A stretch of 42,568 nt of DNA. Source: Candidatus Heimdallarchaeota archaeon. GTDB taxonomy: Archaea; Asgardarchaeota; Heimdallarchaeia; Heimdallarchaeales; Heimdallarchaeaceae. Under the pieces are notes generated by a model. It did no database searches and was not told where the DNA came from. It saw only the letters and a list, made by a program, of their open reading frames with translations. The DNA is taken from the NCBI GenBank assembly GCA_018238545.1, contig JABCTC010000029.1, forward strand, positions 1-42,568. The letters run 5' to 3'. Shown here piece by piece: positions 18,488-28,543 of this stretch. Position 1 is the first letter of the stretch. Every line of letters starts with the position of its first letter. The translations under genes were made by a program, and so were the position numbers.

Positions 18488-20467
18488 TTGCTGACAATGA
18501 GTCCTAAATCAAGTACAACTACTATTCGTTCTTCGTTCGGAAAATGGTTTCCCCTTATATCAACTTTACTCCTAACTGGAATTACCTATGGTGTTCAAAG
18601 AGCAGCTTTGTCTCTTTACGCTGAAAGTATTCTTCCATATGGTTTGTTTGACACAAGTGATAATTTACAGAACTTTCTTATCTTCTTGCAGATAGCTTCA
18701 ACAATCGTAGCCTATGGTTTGTTTAAAGGATTAAGCGGTTTTCTGAGTAGCAGAGTAAGCTCTAAACTCAAGCGAAAAAACACCTTGAGAATAGGTTTGG
18801 CTCTATTAGTCGTTGGTTCAGTCTCATTAGCTTTTGCGAATTATCTCAAACTAGCTGGTTTAATAATTGGAAACGTTTTCATAGGTGGAGGATTAGGATT
18901 TTTCTTCACGGCTTCCATGTCTGCTTTAACAGACATAGCTGGTTCAGAAGGCAGTGCATTTTCTTTAGGCACAATGGAATTTTCTGTATATATGGGTTCA
19001 AGCTTGGGAGCGTTCTTTGCTGGTTTGATAAGTGAAACTCAGGATGGATTTGCAGCAAGTTTTATTTTTGCACTTATTGTTGCTGGAGTAGCTTTACTAT
19101 TAGGATTTTTCCTCTTAAGAAATGTAGAAACAACAGAATTAGTTAAAGGATCTAAGGAAGAAATTTTGCTTGATTCAACTAAAGTGGAGACACAATGGAA
19201 ACTCAGGAATATTGTTAGGACCCCAACACTTCTTTTAACATATTTGGCGGGTCACTTTTCTCGAATAATGGATAGTATGATCGTTCTTCTTCTTCCTATA
19301 CTGCTCTTTAAAATCTATGGTTTTGATTATGTTCAGATTGGTATTGTCATGTCAGCATTTACCTTAGCTTGGAGTATTTCCATGCCTTTGACTGGTAGAT
19401 TTAGCGACAGATTTGGACGAAAAGAAACGATAATTTTTGGTTTGTTCATTGAAGGATTAGCACTGGGTTTGATCACAATAGCAAATAGTTTTACCATAGT
19501 TTTGATTTTGATGATTGCAGCAGGAATAGGAACAGCTGTTTATTATCCAAGTCTTCCTTCAATAACAAGAGACGTTGTTCCTATTGTAAAGAGAGAACAA
19601 AGTTTAGGAATTTATCGGGCTTCATTAGATTCAGGCTATTTTACCGGTCCTTTGATTGCTATTGGGCTGGTTTTTTCAGCTACATCACTCAATATTTGGG
19701 GACCTGAAACAAGTAATAATATCAACAACATGCTAAAATTCCCATTTTTAGTTATTGCAATTATTCTGGGAATACTTGCCATCTCATTTCTGATTTTTGC
19801 AACCGAAACACGCCCTGGATGGATTCAAGCAAGTATTTCACTTAAGCATGGTAAAAAAGTAAGAGATTCATTTCGAATGTTGAAACAAGCATTTGATTCA
19901 TATGTTGAAGGGGAAAGCCCTGAAGCATGTAATGATCTACTAAGTGAGGCTAAGGATTTAGAGCGTGAAGCTGATAAACTAGTAATGAAAGTGACTCGTG
20001 CCCTCTATGGAAATGTTCGCCCTGCTCCAGACGATTATCACTTTTATAAAATTACCGAGATTCTTGATTCTTCTATCGGATTCACTCTCCGCTCCTACCG
20101 TAAATTGTTGCTGATTTCTAGAGACAATTTATCTGATGAGTTCATCGATTATCTAAATGATGAAACTGAGCTATTATTACAGCTGATAACAAAAGCTACT
20201 GAAGTTTTAGAAGTAGTCTGCATTCAACCATTAGCTTCCCACCCAATATTTGACGATGTTCATAAGTTAGAAACTGCTCTTGATAAAAACAGTCATAGAG
20301 GTTTAGCTGCTATTATGAAGAAGACTGATAGTCTTAGCACAATAGAAATACTATTTCTATATCATATTGTAGAAGCTCTTGAATTTTCATCTAACACAAT
20401 TGAAGATGCGGTAGACGTGATGCAGATTATAGGATTGAAATATCAGATTAGTCCTTTGAGGATTTAG
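18488..20467 (+). CDS. MFS transporter fused to a C-terminal DUF47/PhoU-like domain
   Basis: 12-TM MFS core with motif A GRFSDRFGRK, then a ~210-aa helical domain with LEREAD and LETALD repeats and EFSSNTIEDAVD. Likely start is ATG 18497. Confidence 0.8.
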   Translation: MLTMSPKSSTTTIRSSFGKWFPLISTLLLTGITYGVQRAALSLYAESILPYGLFDTSDNLQNFLIFLQIASTIVAYGLFKGLSGFLSSRVSSKLKRKNTLRIGLALLVVGSVSLAFANYLKLAGLIIGNVFIGGGLGFFFTASMSALTDIAGSEGSAFSLGTMEFSVYMGSSLGAFFAGLISETQDGFAASFIFALIVAGVALLLGFFLLRNVETTELVKGSKEEILLDSTKVETQWKLRNIVRTPTLLLTYLAGHFSRIMDSMIVLLLPILLFKIYGFDYVQIGIVMSAFTLAWSISMPLTGRFSDRFGRKETIIFGLFIEGLALGLITIANSFTIVLILMIAAGIGTAVYYPSLPSITRDVVPIVKREQSLGIYRASLDSGYFTGPLIAIGLVFSATSLNIWGPETSNNINNMLKFPFLVIAIILGILAISFLIFATETRPGWIQASISLKHGKKVRDSFRMLKQAFDSYVEGESPEACNDLLSEAKDLEREADKLVMKVTRALYGNVRPAPDDYHFYKITEILDSSIGFTLRSYRKLLLISRDNLSDEFIDYLNDETELLLQLITKATEVLEVVCIQPLASHPIFDDVHKLETALDKNSHRGLAAIMKKTDSLSTIEILFLYHIVEALEFSSNTIEDAVDVMQIIGLKYQISPLRI

Positions 20468-20590
20468 AACGTGGAAGCTTATTGTGAAATAGTTAAATTA
20501 ATTATGCTTTTCAATCTCTTTTGCTTCGTTTTTTCTCTCTTTCATTCAAAGTTTAAATAAGTTTATAGGTTACATTTCTATAGCTTTAGC

Positions 20591-22231
20591 TTGGTGACTT
20601 TATTGTTGAATAAAAGAGTTGGTTCGTTAATATTTGTAATTTTGTTTAGTACTGTATCTACTTTAGTACATATTAGTAGTTCTTCTACAGAGAATGCTGA
20701 TAATCTGGAATTTTATGTGGAATATCAAGATGTAGAAATTAATGACCTTCTTGGAGAGCCGCAGAATTGGACATGGGCGAAAGACCAGGGTATTTGCACT
20801 GGTAATGGAATAGAAAACGATCCTTACATTATAGAAGATATTCTTTTTACAGGAACTGGTTTTTGCCTTAGTATATTAAATTCAATAAAATACTTTATTA
20901 TAAGAAATTGCACTATTAGTGGGAATTTAGGTCTCTCTTTGTCTGATGTAAGTAATGGACAAATTATTGACAGTAATATAATATACAATGACCAAGAAGG
21001 GATAAACATTGATACATGCAGTTCTATCCTCGTTTCAGGAAATAATATAGCTGATAATGGTGCAGGGATATTAATCAACGACTGTACTTTTACTTCTCTC
21101 TCGAATAATAACATACGTAATAATGACGGAGAAGGTATTCATTTAGAAAAAGCTAATAACAACATCGTTATCTCAGAAAATGACATAAGAAACAATACCC
21201 AAGAAGGGATTATGATCGATAAGGATAGTTATAACAACACCATCAGGGGAAACGAAATTTCTTACAATACTCTAGGAGTACACATAAAAGGTCCAGCAGC
21301 AGATTACAACCTATTTTATGAGAATTTCTTTAGAAATAATACTTCTATCGCAAAGGATGATAATGCTAATACCATCTGGAATACTACACTTATTGGGAAC
21401 TATTGGGATAACTATGATGGTGTAGACGCAAATGGTGATGGTATCGGAGATACTCCATATACTATTCCAGGTACAGCAGGAAATCTAGATTATTTACCAA
21501 TTTGGGACGATATAGCACCAATAATTATAATAAATTCACCTAATCCTAACGACGTATTTGGTAACAGCGCACCAAATTTTGATGTGACTATCACTGAACC
21601 AAATTTGGATGAAATGTGGTATACTCTTGATAGCGGATTACATAATTATACTTCTGAAGAGATTGGAACAATTGACCAATCTGCCTGGGACGCTACTTCT
21701 GAGGGTAATATTACACTAACGTTTTATGCAATAGATAAGCTTGGAAATATTGGTTCTGCTGGCGTTATTATAATAAAAGACGTTTTAGTTCTAACGATTA
21801 CAATCAACTCACCTGATGCTGGTGAGGTATTTGGCAACGATACACCAAGTTTTGACATAACGGTTACAGGAGTTAATTTAGATACTGTATGGTATACTCT
21901 CAATGGAAGTATTCCCTATTATATTGACTCTTTTAGTGGAACAATTAATCAAACAGAATGGTCAGCTTTAGCAGAAGGAAATATTACTCTTACTTTTTAT
22001 GCCAATGATAGCATTGGAAATCTTGCATCTGAAGAAGTTAACATCGTAAAGAGTTTTACAGCTGACACAGGACCAAATTTAACTTTGATCATTGTTCTTA
22101 GTACTACTCTCGGTGGAGCTGCTGTTGCTGCTGGAGTTATAGGGACATTAATGTATAAGGGGAAGATAAAAAAACCAGAGTGGTCAGGGAAGATAAAAAA
22201 ACCAGAATGGTTAAGAAGAAAAACGGATTAA
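20591..22231 (+). CDS. Cell-surface protein: NosD-like right-handed beta-helix, two Ig-like repeats and a C-terminal TM anchor
   Basis: Signal peptide, GNGIENDPYIIE, N-rich ISxNxIxNN repeats, GNYWDNYDGVDANGDGIGDTPY, two ~90-aa repeats (INSP..WYTL..ITLTFYAxD..GN), then a TM helix and basic tail. Confidence 0.85.
   Translation: MVTLLLNKRVGSLIFVILFSTVSTLVHISSSSTENADNLEFYVEYQDVEINDLLGEPQNWTWAKDQGICTGNGIENDPYIIEDILFTGTGFCLSILNSIKYFIIRNCTISGNLGLSLSDVSNGQIIDSNIIYNDQEGINIDTCSSILVSGNNIADNGAGILINDCTFTSLSNNNIRNNDGEGIHLEKANNNIVISENDIRNNTQEGIMIDKDSYNNTIRGNEISYNTLGVHIKGPAADYNLFYENFFRNNTSIAKDDNANTIWNTTLIGNYWDNYDGVDANGDGIGDTPYTIPGTAGNLDYLPIWDDIAPIIIINSPNPNDVFGNSAPNFDVTITEPNLDEMWYTLDSGLHNYTSEEIGTIDQSAWDATSEGNITLTFYAIDKLGNIGSAGVIIIKDVLVLTITINSPDAGEVFGNDTPSFDITVTGVNLDTVWYTLNGSIPYYIDSFSGTINQTEWSALAEGNITLTFYANDSIGNLASEEVNIVKSFTADTGPNLTLIIVLSTTLGGAAVAAGVIGTLMYKGKIKKPEWSGKIKKPEWLRRKTD
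22160..22213 (+). repeat. 27-bp tandem duplication encoding GKIKKPEW(S/L) twice
   Basis: gggaagataaaaaaaccagagtggtca followed by gggaagataaaaaaaccagaatggtta (25/27 identical). Confidence 0.95.
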
Positions 22232-22320
22232 ACTTGATTTCTATTTAGATAAAGGGGGTGAATTCTCTAGCATAAATAAGGATTAATTATGTAAAACTTT
22301 GATATGCTAGGTTATCCTCA

Positions 22321-22411
22321 TTTCAGAAAATCTTTCAAATATTTCATTATCTGCTTCAAGGACTGCCATGATATTTTCATGTTTTTCTATTGTCACTGTT
22401 CGTCCTTCATG
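22321..22411 (-). pseudogene. Decayed fragment of a longin-like domain homologous to the 3' end of the 24353-26365 gene
   Basis: 22411-22337 translates as HEGRTVTIEKHENIMAVLEADNEIF versus HEGRAVIIEQQENIMAVLVADNETF at 24571-24497 (19/25 aa, 61/75 nt by hand). After a frameshifting deletion it reads KDFLK versus KKFLK. There is an in-frame stop just upstream. Confidence 0.85.
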
Positions 22412-22465
22412 GAATCATCTTGTGAATGAGTTAAATTAAAATATGCTTTCTGTCTGTATATAGTT

Positions 22466-24346
22466 ATGAATAAGAAGATAATTTTCTTCTCTATATTTTT
22501 GCTTTTTATCTCATCTCTTGTTATGGTTGGTGAAACAAGCATCACTCAAGAAATAACTACTTCTATCTCGAGTATACCAGATAATTTCGACACTAATCTA
22601 ACAATTTATGTTAGATTCCTCGGTTTTGATCAAGACATTATTGATGAAGATGCAATAGAGGGTGAGCTTCTAGGTTACTTAACTAAATGGGATGTAAATT
22701 ATGGAACAACTCTAATTAATTTCAACTATGATTTTGAACACTTAGATGAGATGTATGTTAATGGTTTGAAAAACTATATCTTAACAAATGGTATTAATGG
22801 AACGGGAGTGGGTTACTCTCTTAATATTACTAAACTAGAAGAGGATATGATTTCAGGTGAGAGGACTGATATTTTTATACCAGAAGATGGATTAGTTGTA
22901 GATGCAATAGATGTGGAAAAATACATTTCCACCAATATTCATGGTCCTAGTCTTGAAACGAGTGGATACACACTTTATCTTCTAAATTTCTCTTCATTTG
23001 ATACTCCTGACCATTCGCTTGAACATTGGTATAATGTAGAGAAAACTTCATTTGATACCAATGAATCTATTTCTCATTGGTATTCTGGATACGATGAAAT
23101 ACCCTCTAGACCAACTATGGGCTGGGGAGGAAACAATCGTTTTTGTTATTTAGACTTATCTTCACAATCATGGTATTTTGACTGGTTATTAACTGCTTGG
23201 ACAGCTTTTTACCCAGGTTCTTTTAGCTATTATAATTATCCTGATATCGATACTCTTATTCAAACCCATAATCCTTATTCTCCAGCTGGTCAAGATATAT
23301 TGACTACCTATATTGCAGATTGGTTGTATTCATATCTCGGTAACGTATTTTCAACATATTATTCTCATTACCAGATTGGCGAAACATATTCACTCCAAGT
23401 AAAGGTGTTCGATAATCTGACCAACAATGGGTTTACAGCAGAAGATATAAAATGGGTAATTTCAGAAAGCAGGATGTTCTCACAATTAGAGAAAGATCTT
23501 CCTTGGATTGAATGGGAAGTGGAAGTAGATTATATCTTTTTAACTGATTATCCAGAACTTTATGATAAAATTGCCTCTTATGTTCACGAAGATGTAAATG
23601 GTATGTATGTAGAGGTGACAGAAGGTTTGTTTGACTACCTAAGCAATGAGCTGACAAACTACTTTGATTTCGATGCAGCTGATACTGTTCTCCCATGTTA
23701 CTTCTTCTTAACTAATGAAATCGGTTTCAGATATACTGGGATTTCATTCGCAGGGTTAGGAGGCATGGGGTGGGAGATACTCCTTGGAACTCAGAATAGT
23801 ATTTTCAAGGATGCTAATCCAGCTCTACCAAGAAGAGGGTATTCAGCTGTTATGATACATGAATTGGGTCATAGCCTTGGATTGCCTCATCCACACGGCA
23901 GCACTTATGGCTGGGGCTCATCTTTCTTTCAAGATGTTATGAATTATTTTTCGTTTAGCGAAGAAAGCTTCAGTATTTTCAACCAAGATGGTTTAGCTAG
24001 AGCTCATTTCAAATATTTCCTCAAACAAGCGAAACAAGAATTTGAAGATGCTTATCAATTTTTTATTGATAATGATTCTCCTATAGAACTCGTTGGATTC
24101 ATAGCAGAAATAAACAGTGATATCGAGTATTCAGTTATTGAATATGCTAACATGGAATACATTGATGCAATAAATTCAACAAAAACAGCTCTTAGTGACA
24201 TAGAAGATTTGCTTTACTATATTTTACACCCTGATGAGTACACGGAAGATCCTCTTCCAACTGATGAGACTAATGTCTATTTCCTACTATCTATACTTGT
24301 ATTAGTGCCAGTATCTATAATTAGGAAAAGGAAAAGAGGGAGATAA
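22466..24346 (+). CDS. Secreted, membrane-anchored zinc metalloprotease (metzincin-like)
   Basis: Signal peptide, HELGHSLGLPH (HExxHxxGxxH), Met-turn DVMNY, and a C-terminal T/E linker, TM helix and RKRKRGR. Confidence 0.8.
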   Translation: MNKKIIFFSIFLLFISSLVMVGETSITQEITTSISSIPDNFDTNLTIYVRFLGFDQDIIDEDAIEGELLGYLTKWDVNYGTTLINFNYDFEHLDEMYVNGLKNYILTNGINGTGVGYSLNITKLEEDMISGERTDIFIPEDGLVVDAIDVEKYISTNIHGPSLETSGYTLYLLNFSSFDTPDHSLEHWYNVEKTSFDTNESISHWYSGYDEIPSRPTMGWGGNNRFCYLDLSSQSWYFDWLLTAWTAFYPGSFSYYNYPDIDTLIQTHNPYSPAGQDILTTYIADWLYSYLGNVFSTYYSHYQIGETYSLQVKVFDNLTNNGFTAEDIKWVISESRMFSQLEKDLPWIEWEVEVDYIFLTDYPELYDKIASYVHEDVNGMYVEVTEGLFDYLSNELTNYFDFDAADTVLPCYFFLTNEIGFRYTGISFAGLGGMGWEILLGTQNSIFKDANPALPRRGYSAVMIHELGHSLGLPHPHGSTYGWGSSFFQDVMNYFSFSEESFSIFNQDGLARAHFKYFLKQAKQEFEDAYQFFIDNDSPIELVGFIAEINSDIEYSVIEYANMEYIDAINSTKTALSDIEDLLYYILHPDEYTEDPLPTDETNVYFLLSILVLVPVSIIRKRKRGR

Positions 24347-24352
24347 TCTTTT

Positions 24353-26365
24353 TCATTTTAGCGCAAAATGAGTTTCTGAGAAAACATCTTGTACGATAGG
24401 TTGAAACTCTTCTTGATCTATTTCCTTTAACGATATATTATCTTTGATTTTCAGTACTGCTTCTTTCAAGAATTTTTTCACCTTTAACCTACACACAAAT
24501 GTTTCATTATCAGCTACAAGCACAGCCATGATATTTTCTTGTTGTTCAATTATTACAGCTCTTCCTTCGTGATTGATGCTTCGAAGTGTTTCCACTCCTT
24601 TTCCTAGTACCTCAGCTGAAAAATTTACAATTGCGGTAATCAAACCTGAAACTAATAGATCATCCATAGCCTTCGTTTCCGTGAAATGGTAAGAGTACAA
24701 TGGCAAACCTCCTTCATCCATTACAAGCAAGAGATAAAGTACTATGGGTATATCCTTGTGATCTCCAAAAGAAAAAGACCTGATTCTATTGAAAAGTCTC
24801 TTTGATCCTTTAAGTTCTTGAAGGAGAGAAGTTTTGTCTCTTATCCTTATTTTTAATTCCTCAATTTTCTCTTCCAGTTCAAGTTGTTCTGCAAAGGATA
24901 ATGCAACATGCAGCTTTTCTTTTGCTCTTTTTTCAAGACCTCTATATTGGAAATAACTAGCCTTAATGATCATTGCATCTATGTACATGGGGTGTTTAAG
25001 TTCTTCCGCTACATCTAAGAGATTATCTATAAAATATAGGAATTTCTCTGCAAATTCATTATTTTCTGTAATTCTGTACATCTCAAAGTAGCTTTCTGCA
25101 AGTTTTCCATATGAATATACAATTCCTTCTAAGATAACCTGATTTTCAAAAAATTCTAAAGCTCGTTCGAACTGTTCTACAGCATCAGAAAGATTAACTA
25201 TTTTCTGGAAATATAATCCTTTGTAAAAATAGAAATACGACATTGCATTGAAATCAAATTGTTCTTCTGCTAATTGCATACCGAAATTTAGTGCTTCACC
25301 ATCATCTTTTTTGTTTAACAGTTTTAGATAACCATAAGTAATTTCTAAGGTAGCGTAAATGAAACCATTTTCTTGGTTAAGTTTGTGAGCAGTTTCATAA
25401 TATTCTTCTGCCTTCTCGGATTCCTCGTTTAGAAGGTGGATTTCACCTATTTTTTCCAAAATTTGAATTTTTGTTGGTGTAAGCAAGTCTTCAATTTTCA
25501 ACATATTTTCGTATATAATTAACGCTTCGTTGAGTTTTCCGTTTATTTTCTCCTTAGTAGCGATATTCAATTGCATAGTAACAAGTAGACGATCAGATTT
25601 CAGTTTTTTTGCAAGACTAACACCTTTTTCGATGTACTCTACAGCTTTTTTCATATCATATTCTTTCATTGAAATGTTTGCAAGCAATTCAAAAAGAGAA
25701 CAGAGCATGCCATCATTGTTGAAATTTTCTGCTCTCTTGATCGCACTTTCAATCCACAAATCTTTCAGAGTATCATCAACAAGAACATATGCGAAATTAA
25801 CTAAATCACTCAGCAAAGCATCAAGAACGAATGGGAATTGTAAAGAAAGATCATCCATATTTAATAGATAACGTAGAATTTCATTGAGAGCTTTGTACCC
25901 TAATTCAGGACGTTTTTCTACTTTTTCTGAAAATTCCTTTATTGATAAATTTAGAAAGTCTTTTTCTCTTGAATCCTCTAGCTCATTTACTAGTTTTTCT
26001 ACTTCATTTTTGTATTTTTTAAACTCATCAAAGCTAAACATATTTCTAAGAGAAAGTAAATGGAGAACTTGAAGGGATAAGTTTCGTTTATCTATTGTAT
26101 TATCGAATTTGTTGAAATAATTAATAATAGAATCATACTCCTTGCTCCAATAACTAAGTAAGAAATATGTTAAAATAATCATTTGATCTGTTTGATCTTC
26201 TAATAAAACTTTTTTGGAGAGATAATGCTCCAAAGAAGCACGAGTTGTCTCTTCATTTTTGCTTAAACTTACAATTTCAGAAATCCTATTAAAGAATTCA
26301 CTTTCATTTTTGTCAAGGTATATCTCAACCTCATTTACAATAAAAGCTGGTAAATTAATTTCCAT
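24353..26365 (-). CDS. TPR-repeat protein with C-terminal longin-like domain (copy 1)
   Basis: TPR-like helices (KAVEYIEKG, KAEEYYETA, DAVEQFERAL). C-terminus LLVMDEGGLPLYSY..DDLLVSGLITAIVNF..SINHEGRAVIIE..MAVLVA. Confidence 0.8.
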   Translation of the reverse strand: MEINLPAFIVNEVEIYLDKNESEFFNRISEIVSLSKNEETTRASLEHYLSKKVLLEDQTDQMIILTYFLLSYWSKEYDSIINYFNKFDNTIDKRNLSLQVLHLLSLRNMFSFDEFKKYKNEVEKLVNELEDSREKDFLNLSIKEFSEKVEKRPELGYKALNEILRYLLNMDDLSLQFPFVLDALLSDLVNFAYVLVDDTLKDLWIESAIKRAENFNNDGMLCSLFELLANISMKEYDMKKAVEYIEKGVSLAKKLKSDRLLVTMQLNIATKEKINGKLNEALIIYENMLKIEDLLTPTKIQILEKIGEIHLLNEESEKAEEYYETAHKLNQENGFIYATLEITYGYLKLLNKKDDGEALNFGMQLAEEQFDFNAMSYFYFYKGLYFQKIVNLSDAVEQFERALEFFENQVILEGIVYSYGKLAESYFEMYRITENNEFAEKFLYFIDNLLDVAEELKHPMYIDAMIIKASYFQYRGLEKRAKEKLHVALSFAEQLELEEKIEELKIRIRDKTSLLQELKGSKRLFNRIRSFSFGDHKDIPIVLYLLLVMDEGGLPLYSYHFTETKAMDDLLVSGLITAIVNFSAEVLGKGVETLRSINHEGRAVIIEQQENIMAVLVADNETFVCRLKVKKFLKEAVLKIKDNISLKEIDQEEFQPIVQDVFSETHFALK

Positions 26366-26385
26366 TAGATAACCTTCCTACTTCA

Positions 26386-28482
26386 TTATTCCTTAAAGTT
26401 TGTTTGAATAGCTTCGCTATAGACCAAGTATGGACCAAATAACGATTCTACTTCCTTATCAATATAAGTGCTAAGTTGTGGAGATAAATCGCCATAATAT
26501 TGTCTAGGAATTTCAGCTTCAGACATCTTATCTGTTAACTGATGTATCTTCCTTCTGAGTGAAAATGAGTCGTGTGCTGAAATCGCTACAGAACTAAAGC
26601 CTTTAGGATGTGCTTCTATTATGATTTTATAATTACCATAAGTTATAACAAGCACTTGGCTCTTCTGTTTTTCGAATAATTCTGAAAGCATGTCTCTTAT
26701 AGCTACAATAAATCCTCCAAATAATAGCTGGTCTTTAACAGTACGTTTTGATATAACGAAGGATCTAAGTGGTATCCCAGATCGATGTAAAAGAATAAGA
26801 GCTAATGGAGCGATTTCAATTTGAACATGAGATCTCTGCATATAACGTATACCTATGTCTTCTAAGCTATAAACATCAGATCTGAAAGGCTCATTTACCC
26901 ACGCTAAACTTGAAAGTTCCTCCGGATTCTTAATATTGTTTAAAGCTTCTAGATACTTGTTGACCATTTGCAGTAATTGTTTATTTTTGTAATGTTGTAA
27001 CAAATCACGTGCTTTCTGTAAACTATTGAATGAACTTGAATGATCCCGTTTAATTGCAAAAATCTTTCCTTCTAGAATTCGCAAGGCTACTTGTTCTTTA
27101 ATTAAGTTACTTTCAATGAAATAGGGCAATATATGACTAATGTTTTGAATAGCTAAATCTATTTCTTCAAGATTCTTATCCACATCATATTTATTGACAT
27201 TAAGTAAAATTTTGTTCATCAATATTTTTGCAGATAATTCTCCCCTTCCTTGCCGATCAGCTATTACTAATGCTTTTGAGAAATATTCGCTTGCTTTACC
27301 GTAATTAAGTTTCTTTACGTCGTTTAAACCTTTTAGAAAAAGTATGTAAGCATCAATTATAGAAGAATGAGAACCTCTAACTTCTTCTTCCAAATTTTGT
27401 ATGAGAACCTCGAAATCATTTAATCTTCCAGTTTGAAGGTATAACTCTGCCAAGATACAATATTGATAGGTTTCCTTTAGGTTGAGTTTTTCTATTATGT
27501 TTAAAGCTTCTTGATATTTTTCAATAGCTTCATCATAATTTCCTCTTTCAATGGCAATATTTCCTAAACTTTTAATAGCGAGAGCAGTAAATCGATTTTC
27601 TTCCAAATTTCTGAAAGTTACTAGAAGATCAATATAGAGAGATTCTGCTTCATCTAAGTTTCCCCTGATAACATCTATTGTACCAAGATTCCCTTTAGCT
27701 GCAGATAGTAAACTCTTATTCCCTGTTTCTTTGAAAAGAGCAATGGCTTGATTGGAATATTTGATAGAATCATCAAGTTTTCCAGAGTCTCTTTGTAAAA
27801 GAGCCATCAGATAGTAAAATGAGCCTAAATGGTTTCTTTCACCTAAATCTGTAGAAATTTGTAATGCGACATTTATTTTATTTTCAAGTTTAATTTTCTC
27901 ATCAGAATATCGATTAAGAAAGAAATTGTCTTTGTGTGCTTCTAGAAGAATGTCGTTTATTATAGGTTTATCTTCTGCAGATAATTTGGGAGAAGTGAGA
28001 GAACCTTCAAATAATTCGTCTAAATAAATTTTACATTGTTCACGGTTTCCAAGATTAAGATAGCCATTTGTGATAGATCTCAAACTATGTAATTTAAAAG
28101 AGTGATTAATATCTTCCTGTTTGAAAATATCAGAAGCTTTCTTTATTGCTTCTTCACTCAGTCCTCTTCTAAGCAATAATCGAATTTTCCACAAAGCTAG
28201 ACCTTGATATGAAAATTCTTCGTCAAGAGTGTTAAGAGTGTCGTAATCTGAAATAGAAAAAAGAATTTTACCGAGAGCAAAAATTAAAAAATCTGAAGGA
28301 GAAGGAATGTTTGGGAATAAATCTATTAAATAATTTCGTACTTTAACTAGTGAATCATCAATCTGGAAGTTTTTTTCTTGGTCTTTAAGGATACCTTGTT
28401 CTTCTGAAGACATTTTTGGGATATAAATAGCTAACTCCTTTGGAAAACCTATTTTGCTCTTTTTGTCCTTCATTTCCTTCAT
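26386..28482 (-). CDS. TPR-repeat protein with C-terminal longin-like domain (copy 2)
   Basis: TPRs (GNLGTIDVIRGNLDEAESLY, SLGNIAIERGNYDEAIEKYQEAL). C-terminus ILLHRSGIPLRSF..DQLLFGGFIVAI..ITYGNYKIIIE..DSFSLRRK. Confidence 0.8.
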   Translation of the reverse strand: MKEMKDKKSKIGFPKELAIYIPKMSSEEQGILKDQEKNFQIDDSLVKVRNYLIDLFPNIPSPSDFLIFALGKILFSISDYDTLNTLDEEFSYQGLALWKIRLLLRRGLSEEAIKKASDIFKQEDINHSFKLHSLRSITNGYLNLGNREQCKIYLDELFEGSLTSPKLSAEDKPIINDILLEAHKDNFFLNRYSDEKIKLENKINVALQISTDLGERNHLGSFYYLMALLQRDSGKLDDSIKYSNQAIALFKETGNKSLLSAAKGNLGTIDVIRGNLDEAESLYIDLLVTFRNLEENRFTALAIKSLGNIAIERGNYDEAIEKYQEALNIIEKLNLKETYQYCILAELYLQTGRLNDFEVLIQNLEEEVRGSHSSIIDAYILFLKGLNDVKKLNYGKASEYFSKALVIADRQGRGELSAKILMNKILLNVNKYDVDKNLEEIDLAIQNISHILPYFIESNLIKEQVALRILEGKIFAIKRDHSSSFNSLQKARDLLQHYKNKQLLQMVNKYLEALNNIKNPEELSSLAWVNEPFRSDVYSLEDIGIRYMQRSHVQIEIAPLALILLHRSGIPLRSFVISKRTVKDQLLFGGFIVAIRDMLSELFEKQKSQVLVITYGNYKIIIEAHPKGFSSVAISAHDSFSLRRKIHQLTDKMSEAEIPRQYYGDLSPQLSTYIDKEVESLFGPYLVYSEAIQTNFKE

Positions 28483-28543
28483 ATTGATTGTACATTAGTA
28501 AATAATAAATTTATCTTATATCCAAAACTAATGATTAACAAAT

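Noticed and set aside
22267-22310. 8-bp inverted repeat CTAGCATA/TATGCTAG as a MITE or transposon end
   Set aside because: Too short, no target-site duplication is evident, and there is no transposase nearby.
22337-24571. Diverged repeat pair (22337-22411 and 24497-24571) as a DGR template/variable repeat
   Set aside because: Only 7 of 14 mismatches fall at adenines of the putative template, many are synonymous, and there is no reverse transcriptase in the window.
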